A stretch of DNA of 64,000 nt from Elsinoe ampelina. Its lineage: Eukaryota. Below, in pieces: positions 33,682-46,028 of this stretch. Position 1 is the stretch's first letter. Each line of letters begins with the position of its first letter. The translations under genes and the position numbers were made by a program. The notes under the pieces are model-generated. The model was not told where the DNA came from. It made no database searches and saw only the letters and a list, made by a program, of their open reading frames with translations. Location of the stretch: positions 1,332,566-1,396,565 of the forward strand of contig ML992501.1 in the NCBI GenBank assembly GCA_010093995.1. Reading direction: 5' to 3'.

Positions 33682-36600
33682 ATGGCGTGAGTGCTTCCGG
33701 ACTACATGGATCGTGAACAGCAGCTAATCCATCACCTCAGTTCAAACACGATCAAGGGTTTTTCTCTTCCTGCCAGTCGCGAGTCCTCTTCTAACGGTAC
33801 ACAGTCGTGGCCAGGTTCCGACCTCAGAACAAGATTGAATTGGCCAGTGGTGGAAAGCCAATTGTCGAATTTGATTCAGAAGACACATGCAAGGTTCAGG
33901 TAGGTCTGAAAATGAGCTAGGGATATTAAGGTGATAGCTGAAGGTGACACAGTCGAAAGAGGGTGGCTCCGGCTCATTCACCTTTGACAGGGTATTCGGC
34001 ATGGACTCGCGGCAGCAAGACATATTTGACTACTCCATTCGATCAACAGTCGACGACATTCTGAATGGATACAACGGCACAGTGTTCGCATACGGCCAGA
34101 CTGGCGCTGGCAAGTCGTATACCATGATGGGTTCGGACATCAACGATTCAGATGCGAAGGGTGTGATACCGCGAATAACTGAGCAGATCTTCGCCTCGAT
34201 TATGGCCAGCGAGAGTAACATCGAATACACAGTCAGGGTCAGCTATATGGAGATCTATATGGAACGCATTCGCGACTTACTGATACCTGAGAACGATAAT
34301 CTTCCGGTCCATGAGGAGAAGAGCAAGGGTGTTTACGTCAAAGGATTGTATGAAGTATATGTCAGCAGTGTTAACGAGGTGTATGGCATTCTAGAACAAG
34401 GCGGTAATGCGCGAGCAGTGGCTGCGACGAACATGAATCAGGAATCCTCGCGATCCCATTCGATATTCGTCATTACGATTACTCAGAAGAACATGGAGAC
34501 GGGAAGCGCGAAGTCTGGTCAATTGTTCTTGGTCGATCTCGCTGGTAGCGAAAAGGTCGGGAAGACCGGTGCCAGTGGACAGACGCTTGAAGAGGCGAAG
34601 AAGATCAACAAGTCTCTGAGCGCACTGGGCATGGTCATCAACTCTCTCACGGACGGCAAATCTACACACGTACCTTATCGAGATTCGAAGCTCACGCGTA
34701 TCCTTCAAGAGTCGCTTGGTGGAAACTCCCGGACGACGCTAATTATCAATTGCTCTCCGTCGAGCTACAATGATGCCGAAACAATCTCGACGCTACGATT
34801 CGGTGTTCGAGCAAAGGCGATCAAGAATCAAGCAAGGATCAACCAGGAACTTTCGCCTGCTGAGCTCAAAGCACTTCTTCGAAAGGCTCAGACTCAAGTT
34901 CTGACGTACGAGGAGTATATCAGCAGACTGGAAGGTGAGGTGGTCATTTGGCGGAAAGGGGAGCAGGTTCCAAAAGACCAGTGGACACCAGCGATGAAGA
35001 ATATGGTAAAGTCAGGGCTATCTCGACCTGACACTCCCTCTGCACAGGATGCCATGCGGCGGGGTTCACAAACGCCAAGTACACCTCGTCCGGAATCGCG
35101 ACTAGAGCTTGAACGAGCAGCTACACCAAGCATACCTCTGGAGAAAGACGAGAAGGAGGAATTTCTGCGGCGAGAAAACGAACTCCAAGATCAACTGGCT
35201 GAGAGGGAATCTGCCGTATCTCAGGCGGAGAAAGCGTTGGCCGATGCTAAGAATGAGCTTAAGGAGCTTCGAGAGAACGGCGGCAAGACGACAAAGGATA
35301 ACGAAAGGCTGAACGGCGAGGTTGAGTCGTTACGGATGCAGATCGAGCGCATCTCATTTGAGACCAAGGAGGCTACCATCACCATGGACAGCTTAAAGGA
35401 GGCCAACAACGACCTCACCACAGAGCTTGATGAGGTACGGCGAGAGCTGCTAGAAGCCAAAATGTCGGCACGGGAGACTTCTGCTGTCATGGACGAGAAG
35501 GAGAAGCTCAAGAAAGAACGCATGGCTCAAATGATGGCTGGCTTTGACCTCGGGAGCGAAGTCTTTTCAGAGTCCGAAAAGGACGTCAAGTCTTCGATCG
35601 ACGAGCTGGATCGATTGATTGAGGTTGCATCGTCAGGCGAGACTGTCGCTCCAGATGCGCTTACGTCGCTTCGAGAATCGTTGATCTCTGTTCAAGGCAT
35701 TGTCCGTCAATCAGAGCTCACAGCCGCCAATGGCCATGCCTCCTCCAACTCTACAGAGCTCAAGACCAAGTTGGCCGAGGTACAGAAGAACTACCAAGAA
35801 CTCCTGGAGAAGAATCTCAGTCCGTCGGATGTGGCAGAGATCAAGAACCGCCTCGCGACCTCCCTGCAATCCAACGGCGCAGGAACCACTCCTGAAACTC
35901 AAGACGCTCTCTCCCGCCAACAGCAGGAGAACGCCCGTCTCCGCACCGAATTAGAGACCCTCCGCAAACAAGCTCTCTCGGGCGTGAACGGCTCCAAAAC
36001 CCTCCATCAACAACTCGCCGACTTTGACGCCATGAAGAAATCCCTCATGCGCGACCTTCAAAACCGCTGCGAACGAGTCGTCGAGCTCGAAATCTCCCTC
36101 GACTCTACGCGGGAGCAATACAACAACGTGCTCCGCAGTGCCAACAGCAAGCAGCAGCAGAAGAAGCTGGCGTTTCTGGAGCGTAATCTGGAACAGCTCA
36201 CACTCGTGCAGAGGCAGTTGGTGGAGCAGAACGCGCAGTTGAAGAAGGAGGTGGCGATTGCGGATCGGAAGCTGGTAGCGAGAGGGGAGAGAATCAGAGG
36301 ATTGGAGGCGTTGTTGGGTGAGAGTCAGGAGAAGCTGATGGCGGCGAATCACAGGTATGTCTATCTCGATGCACTTGAGACGGTCTGGCCACTAATGGGT
36401 GTAGGTTCGAGACTCAGCTCACGGCCGTCAAGGAGAGGTTGGAGGCGGCGAAGCAAGGGTCGACGAGAGGTATGGCGACGGGTGGATTCGGAGGTAACAT
36501 GGGCGGACCGGTGGTGAACGGTGGTGGCATGGGCCCGTTCGGAAGCAGGATCGCGAAGCCTTTGCGAGGCGGCGGTGGTGCGGACGGGGGAGGACCAGCG

Positions 36601-36690
36601 GTGCCGACGTTTGCGGGACTGCAGTCGCAGCAGATGCAGGCTGGTCAGGGAGGGCAAGGGGAACGCAAAGGTTGGTTCGGTAGGACTTAG
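33682..36690 (+). CDS. kinA: Kinesin-1 heavy chain
   Basis: Short 5' exons (MA|SNTIK|VVARFRPQN), GQTGAGKS, NQESSRSH, LVDLAGSE, HVPYRDSKLT, coiled-coil stalk and IAKPLRGGG autoinhibitory tail. Last intron at about 36355-36404. Confidence 0.95.
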
Positions 36691-37017
36691 AAGGGCCGAG
36701 GATGTTCTTATTGATGTGTTTTGATGAGGTCATGAAGATTTCACTAGAGGCCTGTAGCTGTGAGCCGACGGCATTTGTGGTTGGGTTGGATATATACCAT
36801 TATCGCGACGAGGAGAGCCTAGACGTCTAGAACGAATCCCGATCTGCCAACACGTGTATTCCTCCCATGCCAGCTTCCCCTGCAATCTCTACCAGATTTC
36901 TACACTCACCTCTACTTCCATCCTCAAAGTGCCAAATTATTCCCCTTCTCGGCACCACTCCACCTCCCATCAACCTCTCCCCTCCTCTTTACTTTTTTCT
37001 TCTCCACCCCACCATCA

Positions 37018-38151
37018 ATGACTCGCCATGTCCTGGGCCCCAAACGCCTCCTGTCCACCACCGCCCGCCTCTCGGGGCACGAAAACCCCCTCGGCCTGCC
37101 CCGCTCCGGCACCCCGCCTCATCTGGCGGCGCGGATGAAGCGTGGGCTGCCGGAGCGGCGGGGGATCGGGGGTGTGAAGAATGTGATTGCTGTTAGTTCG
37201 GCCAAGGGAGGGGTGGGGAAGAGTACGGTTGCTGGTATGTATGTGTTGTTGTTATCTGGCTGGATGGAAAAGGGGGGCCAATGGAGGGGTGAATCTGGCT
37301 GACGGACACAGTGAATCTGGCGCTGGCATTCGCGAGGAGCGGGCTACGGAGCGGGATACTGGACACGGATATCTTTGGGCCGAGTGTGCCTACTCTGCTG
37401 GACTTGAGTGGCGAGCCGAGGTTGTCTGGTGGTGAGTTGGTGGCAAGGCACGAGGGGGGTTGGAGAGGGACTGATGGGGACAGATAATCGGCTTATACCG
37501 CTTACCAACTACGGACTCAAGTCGATGAGCATGGGGTATTTGGTGCCCGAGTCTTCGGCGATCGTGTGGAGGGGGCTTATGGTTATGAAGGCGTTGCAGC
37601 AGTTGTTGCATGAGGTGGAGTGGGGTGGGTTGGATGTGTTGGTTATGGATTTGCCGCCGGGAACGGGGGATGTGCAGTTGACGATTACGCAGCAGGTGAA
37701 GGTTGATGGTGAGTTGAGGGCATAGGGATGGGGGAGAGGCAAGGCTGATGGGACACAGGGGCGGTGATTGTTTCCACGCCGCAGGATGTTGCGCTCAAGG
37801 ACGCGGTCCGGGGAGTGGAGATGTTCCGCAAGGTGGATGTGCCGGTGAGTGGAAAGAGCTTCATGCTTGAGAGTGTTCGCTGATCGAGGACAGATATTGG
37901 GCATGGTACAGAACATGTCAGCGTTCACTTGTCCGAGTTGTAATACTACGCATTCAATATTTGGGCATGAGGGAGTGAGCAGGAAGTGCAAGGAGATGGG
38001 CATCGATCTGCTGGGTGATTTGCCGCTACATGCCCGGATTTGCGAAGATGCAGACAGGGGTAAGCCGACTGTGGTTGCAGAGCCGGATAGCGTGAGGGCA
38101 AAGGCTTTTGTGGATCTCGCTGGTAAGGTGAGGGAGAGGCTAGGCTTCTGA
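37018..38151 (+). CDS. IND1: Mitochondrial Fe-S cluster P-loop NTPase Ind1/NUBPL (Mrp/Nbp35 family)
   Basis: [48 protein letters not shown] and CPSC. Four introns visible. Confidence 0.9.
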
Positions 38152-38798
38152 AAATAACAGCTGTACATATAGATATGAGACCAAGGTTCTGCGTGTCGTA
38201 TGGGTTTATCAAACGCATCGAGCATTTTTCTTGACTGGGGCCAAAAGCCCGGCGCTCGGAGAATGGTCGGATGCAGCATAGATCGACCGCGACAAGTTGA
38301 CATCTGATTGTGAGACCGCCATGCCAGCATAGGATTATTCAATTAATGCTCTCACACATGTCAATTATCATGACCAGCTGTCGTCATTGGCTTTCATGTC
38401 TTCTAGAAGACGCGGCAGAGATCGGAATGTCATGCCCTTCCATTATTGATGGATCTTCCCCACCAAAAGATGCATCCCCAAGCTTCGGGATCGGCCGCGT
38501 TCGAGCGGCGCTTTGTCCAACTTGTCGCTGGCCTGTCAAACGTCGTCGAATTGTCTCATCTTGACAGCCGAAAAGCAAGGAAGGGAGCATGTCAGAGCGA
38601 CGATAACCGCGGAGCATCGACCTCACCTGTTCAGCTCCATCGCTGCGCTTCCTATGGAATACGTCCCTGAAAGGCAGCGCAGGTCAGAACCAAAGACAGA
38701 CGATACTAGATAATTTCGAGGATAGGTACATCGCCCAAAGTACCCCTGCCGCCACAGAGATCATCGCGGCTCACAGCTACACCACTAGCTGCACCACA

Positions 38799-40682
38799 AT
38801 GCCGACCGACACGTCGACCTCCTCAACCTCGATCAAGCGATTATCCGGCTCAAAGGAACATTCCCAATCCACTGCCGTATCACATTCTCCTGGTGACGGT
38901 CACGGTCACGCACACAAGTCGGGCTCACACAAGCACCAGCGACACGTAGTCGGGCATGGGCGATTGGGCGCACGAAATCCTTCAGTCGGCCGGAACTTGA
39001 GTAAGATAAATATACTTGCCGCCAACAGCGATGAAGGGTCTAGGAAAGACTCCAATGCTACACCGATAAGCCCAAGACATCCCAGACCGGGCATGAAGAG
39101 GAATCAATCGCTTGCACTCATGCCGAAAAATGCATCTCACACCGGGTTGCGGAAAAACCACTCGAGCGGACATCTCGTTCGCAATTCGTCGGCGAAACAC
39201 CTGTCAAGATCACACAAGTCCGAATACAACAGGACAAATTCGTCACATTCCGATAAGAAGACGAAGCGGAAGAACTCGCCGCCTCCCAATGGCAGACAAG
39301 CAGCTGTACACTTTGATATGGGGGACGATGACGACGACGATGATGCCGAAGAGATGGAGGGAGTAGACGACGGATGGACAGAAGAGAGTGCCTCGCAAAG
39401 TCCGAGCACGACGAGAGACAACACAAGGAGTAATACAAGGAACAATTCAGTAATATTGGATCCGAACGAGAACCCCTACAACAAGGACCAAGACCAAGAA
39501 GAGAAACCCCCGGATGAAGAAGATGACGACCCGGACGATGCAGTCACACATCAGCAAGGGGGAGAGGTACAACCCCCGGCAAGTCACGACTTTGCAACAC
39601 AGTCCGCGACTCCCAAGTCATTACATGCACGCAAATCTTCATACCATGACAGCGCGGCTGCAAAACCACCAGATGCAGAAGCTATCGCCAAACGCCTACT
39701 TCAGCGCGGCAATTCTCGACAATTCGCCGCCCCTCAGATCAGCGATGTGTCCGCCACAGCATACTCGGACACATCTACGGCTGACAGTAGCGCCGCCAAC
39801 AGCAAGATTCTCGTCCCTCATATCAACACCCGCGACACAACGAGCATGCCCTCTCCGACACCAGTCTCAGCACTCAAGCCAGGATCGTCCGGCTCCACCC
39901 CCCTCGTCAGCCGCTTCATCGACCCTTCCGCCAACGGCAGCAAAGACAGCACCCCCCTCTCCCCTTCCCACATCCGACCCACCTCATCCTCCCGCCCCAC
40001 GACCGGCTCCTCCTCCAAATCCTCCCCGACCAAACGCGCCCCCGAGGATCGCTCCACCCGCGACAAATCCGACATGCGCCGCAACCAATCCACCCCCTCC
40101 TTCGGCCTCGGCATGTCCAACGGCTACGACGCCAACTCCGGCCTCGCCTCGGGCGCCACCACCCCCGGCGCCCCCACCCGCTCCCGCATCGAGCAGAAAA
40201 TGTGGCTCGCGCGCGGCCTCAGCAACCTCGAAGCGAACAGCCAATCGCAGTCGAATCTCGCTGGTATGGTGCCCGGTGGTCGACGGGGGGGCGCAGCAGC
40301 CCAGCAGTCCGAGCGCGTGGAGAAGGAACTCGCTTGCGTGCGACGATATCGGCCGGTGATAGAGGAGGGTATCGCGCGTGTGCGAAGGGTGAAAGGTGGT
40401 CCGTTGGCGGGCGTGGATCTGGAGGGACTGGTACCCTCTTCTGCCTCTGGGGTGGGAGGGCAGGGCCCGGGGAGGAGGAGCGTGGAGAGTACCCGACGGA
40501 GCAAGAGTGGGGCGACGACGCCGGCGGCCAGGAGTAGGGCCGTGAGTCCGATTAGCGGTAGGACGAGTTTGGGGGAGGGGGAGTGGGATGGGGAGAGGAT
40601 TGAGGATCTGGAGGAGCTGACGTTGGGGGTGAGGAGGAGGATGTGGGAGTTGATGGAGGGGGAGGTGGAGGATGGGGATTGA
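38799..40682 (+). CDS. Low-complexity protein resembling fungal TORC1 subunit Tco89-like proteins
   Basis: 627-aa Ser/His/acidic disordered ORF. SRIEQKMWLAR resembles the SRTQQKLWLQR-type motif recalled for Tco89-domain proteins; the family assignment is tentative. Confidence 0.55.
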   Translation: MPTDTSTSSTSIKRLSGSKEHSQSTAVSHSPGDGHGHAHKSGSHKHQRHVVGHGRLGARNPSVGRNLSKINILAANSDEGSRKDSNATPISPRHPRPGMKRNQSLALMPKNASHTGLRKNHSSGHLVRNSSAKHLSRSHKSEYNRTNSSHSDKKTKRKNSPPPNGRQAAVHFDMGDDDDDDDAEEMEGVDDGWTEESASQSPSTTRDNTRSNTRNNSVILDPNENPYNKDQDQEEKPPDEEDDDPDDAVTHQQGGEVQPPASHDFATQSATPKSLHARKSSYHDSAAAKPPDAEAIAKRLLQRGNSRQFAAPQISDVSATAYSDTSTADSSAANSKILVPHINTRDTTSMPSPTPVSALKPGSSGSTPLVSRFIDPSANGSKDSTPLSPSHIRPTSSSRPTTGSSSKSSPTKRAPEDRSTRDKSDMRRNQSTPSFGLGMSNGYDANSGLASGATTPGAPTRSRIEQKMWLARGLSNLEANSQSQSNLAGMVPGGRRGGAAAQQSERVEKELACVRRYRPVIEEGIARVRRVKGGPLAGVDLEGLVPSSASGVGGQGPGRRSVESTRRSKSGATTPAARSRAVSPISGRTSLGEGEWDGERIEDLEELTLGVRRRMWELMEGEVEDGD

Positions 40683-43549
40683 GGGGATGAGATTGAGGTG
40701 TATAGTGAGAAGACGGATTCGAGGACTGGGCGTGGACACCAGCCCATCCCCGGACCTTTGAGGACACGGCAGACTAACGTACGGGAGAAGGCAGTGACGT
40801 GGATGAAGACGACAGTGATGACTCGGCGCATGGGATGGTATACTCGTGGCATATGCCCTTGAGTTGGGGCGCAATGATCGATCTTTGCTTTAGCAAGGTT
40901 GTCTTTCGTACGGTATACGATAGTCGAGCACAGGCACCTGAACAGTCTCTGGCAGGAATGAGCCGCAGACGAACCCTGCAATCCATCATACCTTGTCAGG
41001 ACGAGCTTTGGCAATATGCCACAGGAAATGGGGTGGTACACACGTAGCCGAGGCAGATCACCGAGCTGTCGCTGTAAGCGAGCGCGCCGACGAATATGAC
41101 ATCTTCAATATCCTGCCTCTGCCACGCGCAACTGTACGCTCGTGACCCGCCGTCTGTGCCGTAATCAAACAACAGCTGCCGATGGATTGTACCTACCCTC
41201 GACCAATGGCAGCGCATGACACCTACATCCGGCAACCTCACATCCTCTTCTGCGCAAGTGCGTGAGGAAAATCCAATGCCAACGCGGTGGGGCAACGTGA
41301 AGTCGAAGACAGTCGATGAGGTGTAGGTTGCCGTGCGACAGCAACGGCTTTTCGGGTGGAGACACACAGGGTTTGAGACAGAGGGACTATAGGCTCAACA
41401 GGATGGAAAGGGCAAGCGATTTTTTGCCTGGTCGGGAGGAGCTGCTTCGTTCAGGCGGGATTGTCTCGGGTGGATTGCACTGCGAGGGATGGGGGGAGAC
41501 AAGTGATCTGGTCAAAAGGTGGTGACATGCATATGCAGTCGAGGAATGGTAGCTGGGTTGAGCGCAATGAGGGTTCAGAGATGCCAGGAAGGCCCAAGGC
41601 ACCAAGTGAAATGGCTAGGATGGGAGTAGAGAGGACAAGGAAAATGACTGTACGGTTGAGGCCCTTGCCGCCACGAGTACAGCATCGGACAAGGGTGTTC
41701 ATGTCGTCTCACGTTTTCCTTCACCACCGCCGATCAGACACGCATCTCACATGGCAGTCCCAGTCCCTGGGAACAGTACACATGGCTTTTCCCTCCCCAG
41801 ACGCCTATCTACCGTCCTCGTCTGCCATGGCGGACCCTTCCAGTCTCCTCTCGAACAGCTCAAGTCGATAACAACATCCCCCATCTCACCGTCCACGGCA
41901 TGGCATCATCACCCGCCCAAGATCCAGCCAGCATGGCATCTCCCGCCGGAGAGAAATACTCACATGACAGCTCAACGCGCACTATCGGAGGATAGCAGAA
42001 AGAGGGGGTTCGTCCAAGGGCTAAGATTGGTGCCGGGATACCCACGCTGCAACGCCGGACGGGCAATTCGCACTGTGTTGATGTCGACGGGCAGTGATTG
42101 TGCCAACGTGTGTTGTGGTGGCGGTTGCCGGACCGTCATTTTCTTGACAACTGTGGTCGTCGGGTGGAGATGCGGGCGAAACGGTCGGAGGAAACACCAC
42201 CTACCTTTTTTGATGGGGTGGGGAGGACGAAGGTTGCAATAGTTAGTTGCGAGAGGGAATGGTTTGGGGTGGTAGAGTTTGCTTTTGAGGGGAATAATGC
42301 AGGTACGGGGACCCGAGGAATTGGGATGCGCAGAGTCATGACGGTGATGTGCAGGAGGATGTGATGAGGTGCATCGCCCGGGCGGCGATGCGGTACCTGA
42401 ATGCCCAGGCTTAACAACAAAGCTGGATTGTAGCAATTCAACAGCCTTGGGGTGAAGAAATTTCTTGTCTTAGCCTTGCATTCCTCGTTGAGAGCAATAG
42501 TCGGTCTGGACTCTTTTCTCGTTGACCGAAATCATGGCAGAAGTCAAATGGCGACAGTCAGTAATCGCATTTGTCAATTGTTTCTGTGGCCGTTGGGCAG
42601 CGAGTGAAGTTGACCGACGACGGGCCGGTGGGAAATAAAAGAAAATCTTTTTAGCAAAAATGAAAAAAGTGGAGTCTTGAACGGGCGGTACCTGCATCCG
42701 TCTCGCGCTTCTGCACGACCATGAACGCATCTTGCATCGATGGATCCCATACCAGAGACATGGCCGCATGCTGCACCAATCGCCTGTTTGCGACAGGAAG
42801 AATTTGTTTTCTAGCGTCAAGCGCAAAGAGAATTTGTCGTCGAGGATTGTTTTTTTTGCGCAACCCATAATTCCTGGCATTGCCCGGGAAATTGCTCCAC
42901 TCGTCCAGCGCTAGACCGTTTCGCGACAGGCTTCGACCTCATTTCGTGCGCCGATTGGCTTCGATTACTCTTGGGATACAGTAGTCAGGAACAGGAAATA
43001 ATGCCAGCGCTCGCCATGAGCTGCAGCCCGGTCCCATCGATATGTTATCGCTATATCTGGAGCCGCAGCCCTGTCAACCCGCGCCGCCGCCCGCATACAA
43101 CTTTCGTCTGCCTTCCGCCTTCTGCCTCACTCCGGCCTTTCGCCTCGTTTCCCTCTCCCCAGCTGCTGCTGCCACCTGGTCTATCAGACTGTCCATTCTT
43201 TAACAAAGCGATTGAGCTGAGCTCTGCACTCACGTTCATTACACTCCAACACTTTTGGATCACTACGCGCCCGCATTACCCGACCACCAGCCCCAAACCA
43301 CATCCGAAACACGAGGCTCAAGACCGACCCTAGCTAGCCCTCCAGCTCATTTCCAGCATAGACAAGGCCGCGCAACCTCGTCGACAGTCTGTCAATACTC
43401 TTTTTCGGACTCAAAGTGCATCTCAGTCGCTTTCCACCACTTTCATTGACAAACATCAACAAATAAACACTTGACGTACATACCACGCCCTTCGACATCC
43501 ACATTCCTGAACCGCAGATTCGGAACAACATCCAGATCGATCGAAGACC

Positions 43550-43960
43550 ATGAAGTTCCTCGCCCCTGTCGCCGTACTGGCGGCTGTTGTTGTCGCGCAA
43601 GACACAATGACCACCACTAGCACCATCACCCAGACCGTCACCTCTACTTGCACCGTCAAGTATGCGACCTTGAGCACTTCTACTACCTCTAGTTCTGCGC
43701 CAGCCCTTAGCACCGCGACAGTCGTACCTGTTGGCGGCTATGCCAGCACCGGCACTGGTGTATCTCCAGTAGGCGTCTACCCAACCAACGTCTACAACCC
43801 AAGCCAAGTCCGCCCTGCACCATCATCAGGAGGTTCCCAAACCAATGGCACTCGCCCTGGCCCACCCATTCCAACCTTCACCGGCGCCGCCTCCTCAAAT
43901 GGTCCACAAGCCATCGCTGCCGCGGTCATGGGTCTCGCCGCCCTCTTCGCTGTCTGCTAG
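43550..43960 (+). CDS. Small secreted Ser/Thr-rich, probably GPI-anchored cell-wall protein
   Basis: Signal peptide MKFLAPVAVLAAVVVAQ, Thr-rich body, PTFTGAASS followed by a hydrophobic C-terminus. Confidence 0.85.
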   Translation: MKFLAPVAVLAAVVVAQDTMTTTSTITQTVTSTCTVKYATLSTSTTSSSAPALSTATVVPVGGYASTGTGVSPVGVYPTNVYNPSQVRPAPSSGGSQTNGTRPGPPIPTFTGAASSNGPQAIAAAVMGLAALFAVC

Positions 43961-44839
43961 TCTCCCGGACTGCTTCAGTCCCTTGTATAGCTCCGACTTC
44001 TCCAGCGATGAATTTCCTTGTAACGTCTTGACGAGTCCCCCGACCCCATCGACGCGAGTATACCCTCGTGCACGCATGCCAATGCCGACTACATTCTCCT
44101 CTGCGCGACATTTCCGCGCAGGTCCTGGATCGGACTTCTCGACCACCAACACAATCTTGTCTTCATGTCAATACCTTTCTTGCCACTCCTTGGACCTACC
44201 GTTTTCTTCCCTTGTTGTCTCTTTTGTCTGACGACATTACGCTCTCTATACTGCGAGTACCTACCACGCCGGGGCGGAGGCGGCTTTCCTTTCGAACCGA
44301 TGTATCGGCTACACTCTCTTATCAACAATATCAAATGTATCTCTGTCGGAGATCTAAAGGACATTCCAACGCGCGCAAGGGCAAGGCCCCGCGCATCACA
44401 CTCATTCGGTCTACAAGCTCCAAAAGAAATGGGGAAGGATATAAGAGGATTTGTTCTCTCGTGTAGAGCTAGTGATACCCCTGGTTGTTTACTTTTGGAT
44501 GGCAGAAGTGGAGCACTTACTGCGTTTGTTTTGGAGAGGCGTGGTTAGGAAAAGCAATGGAATTCTGTCAGTTCATCGTCTTGTCCTCGCTCTTTTATTC
44601 TTTGGTCTCGTGAACCTTGGTGTCATGTCTGTGTGGGTCGTGATGTTATCATGTCATGCTACTCTCTCTACCATGCGGCTGGCGTCGCGGCCGATGGCTC
44701 TCTCTCGTGACTGAAAACGCCCGCTTCTCAGTGCCATCACCGGGTATCTCGCATGCCTCTCTTTCCCTTGTGCATCCAGCCACGACGCAACACACTCGTC
44801 CATTTATCATTCCTTCCCCAACATCCCTGATCACCTCCC

Positions 44840-45451
44840 TCACCTCCTCCTCCTAACAGTCGTGAACCCCTCCTCATCCACCTCCGGCTCCTCTCTCCTC
44901 CTCTCCTGCCTCACCCCTTGCACCAAAGCCGGCGCCTCCCCCATCTCCTCATCCCCATCCGCATCCCCATCCACACTCCCATCCTCACTCCCCTGCTCCC
45001 CACCATCAACCCACCTCCCATTTCCTCCCCCCTGCTCCTCCCACCTCCTCTTCACCTCCCCCAACACCTCCCTCCGTCCCTCCACCATGACCAACTTCCA
45101 AGCCCGCACAATCTCCTCCGCGACCTCGACCTCACTCTCGTCCTCGACCTGCACATCGAATTCGTCCGCCATGACTTGCAGCAGGACGTCCTCCACGTCG
45201 TACGCGTCCGTGTCGGGCCGCTCGGAGAAGAGCGTGCTGATGGCGCCGGCGAGCCAGTCCCGTTTGTCGGACGACGAGGGGCCGCCCCATTGGTTTTCGA
45301 CCGCGAGGGTGAGGGCGGGCCAGAGGTTGAGCAGGTAGAAGAGGGTGTGGTCGAAGGTGGTTTGGAGATCGAGAGGGGCGGGGGTGGTGGAAGAGGGAGA
45401 CCGGGTGGGGACGGGCTGGGGGCCTGAGGGGGCGAGGGAGGTCGGTGCCAT
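44840..45451 (-). CDS. TSR2: Pre-rRNA-processing protein TSR2
   Basis: WPALTLAVENQWGGPSSSDKRDWLAG (WGG motif), EDVLLQVMADEFDVQVEDES and C-terminal DEEGFTTV. Confidence 0.9.
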   Translation of the reverse strand: MAPTSLAPSGPQPVPTRSPSSTTPAPLDLQTTFDHTLFYLLNLWPALTLAVENQWGGPSSSDKRDWLAGAISTLFSERPDTDAYDVEDVLLQVMADEFDVQVEDESEVEVAEEIVRAWKLVMVEGRREVLGEVKRRWEEQGGGNGRWVDGGEQGSEDGSVDGDADGDEEMGEAPALVQGVRQERRREEPEVDEEGFTTVRRRR

Positions 45452-46028
45452 GATGGGCGGAGGTATGGTCTGTCGGATGTGTGCTCGAGTGTTCGCTACA
45501 ACAGGCGTTGGAGTGAAGGGCGGGGAATGGATGAGCGTATGCTGTCTGGGTGTTGGAGCATTCAACTATTTTGCCCGAAGCGCATTTTTCTGATGATGCG
45601 GCTCTGTAGCCTGGCATTTGTGGAGCTGAACCCCGGTTTGTGCGGCGTCGGTCCGCGTCGCGCTTGATCTGCGCCGGATGCAGCATGACGTCGGATTGAC
45701 CATTTTGGGCTTCCGCAGTTGACCTCGAAAGGCCTGGACTGTGTTCATTTCCCTAGTCGCGTCCATTGACATTGAATTCTGCGTATTCAAAGCTTTCTGT
45801 TGGCACTATTTTGCGCCGAGTCGATTGAGACTTCTATCTGGACTCGACACAAGAAGAAATTATCGAGACCGGTAGTGGTGCAGATAGTGCACTAGTCAGG
45901 AGGCGGGACCGTGCTGGAGGACGCGGAAGACTGATATTGAGAATAACATCCTCTATCGTCCTGTCCTTGAACGCCCTCCACGCATTGCTGTCGCAGATGA
46001 GCTTTGTGGAGCGGTCCATTTGAATCCG

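Noticed and set aside
39984..41041. Minus-strand ORFs of about 300 aa
   Set aside because: Shadows of the skewed 3' half of the 38799..40682 gene.
41630..42150. Weak inverted similarity (GAAAATGACTGTACGG vs GAAAATGACGGTCCGG) suggesting MITE ends
   Set aside because: Short and mismatched, with no target-site duplication visible; compatible with chance.
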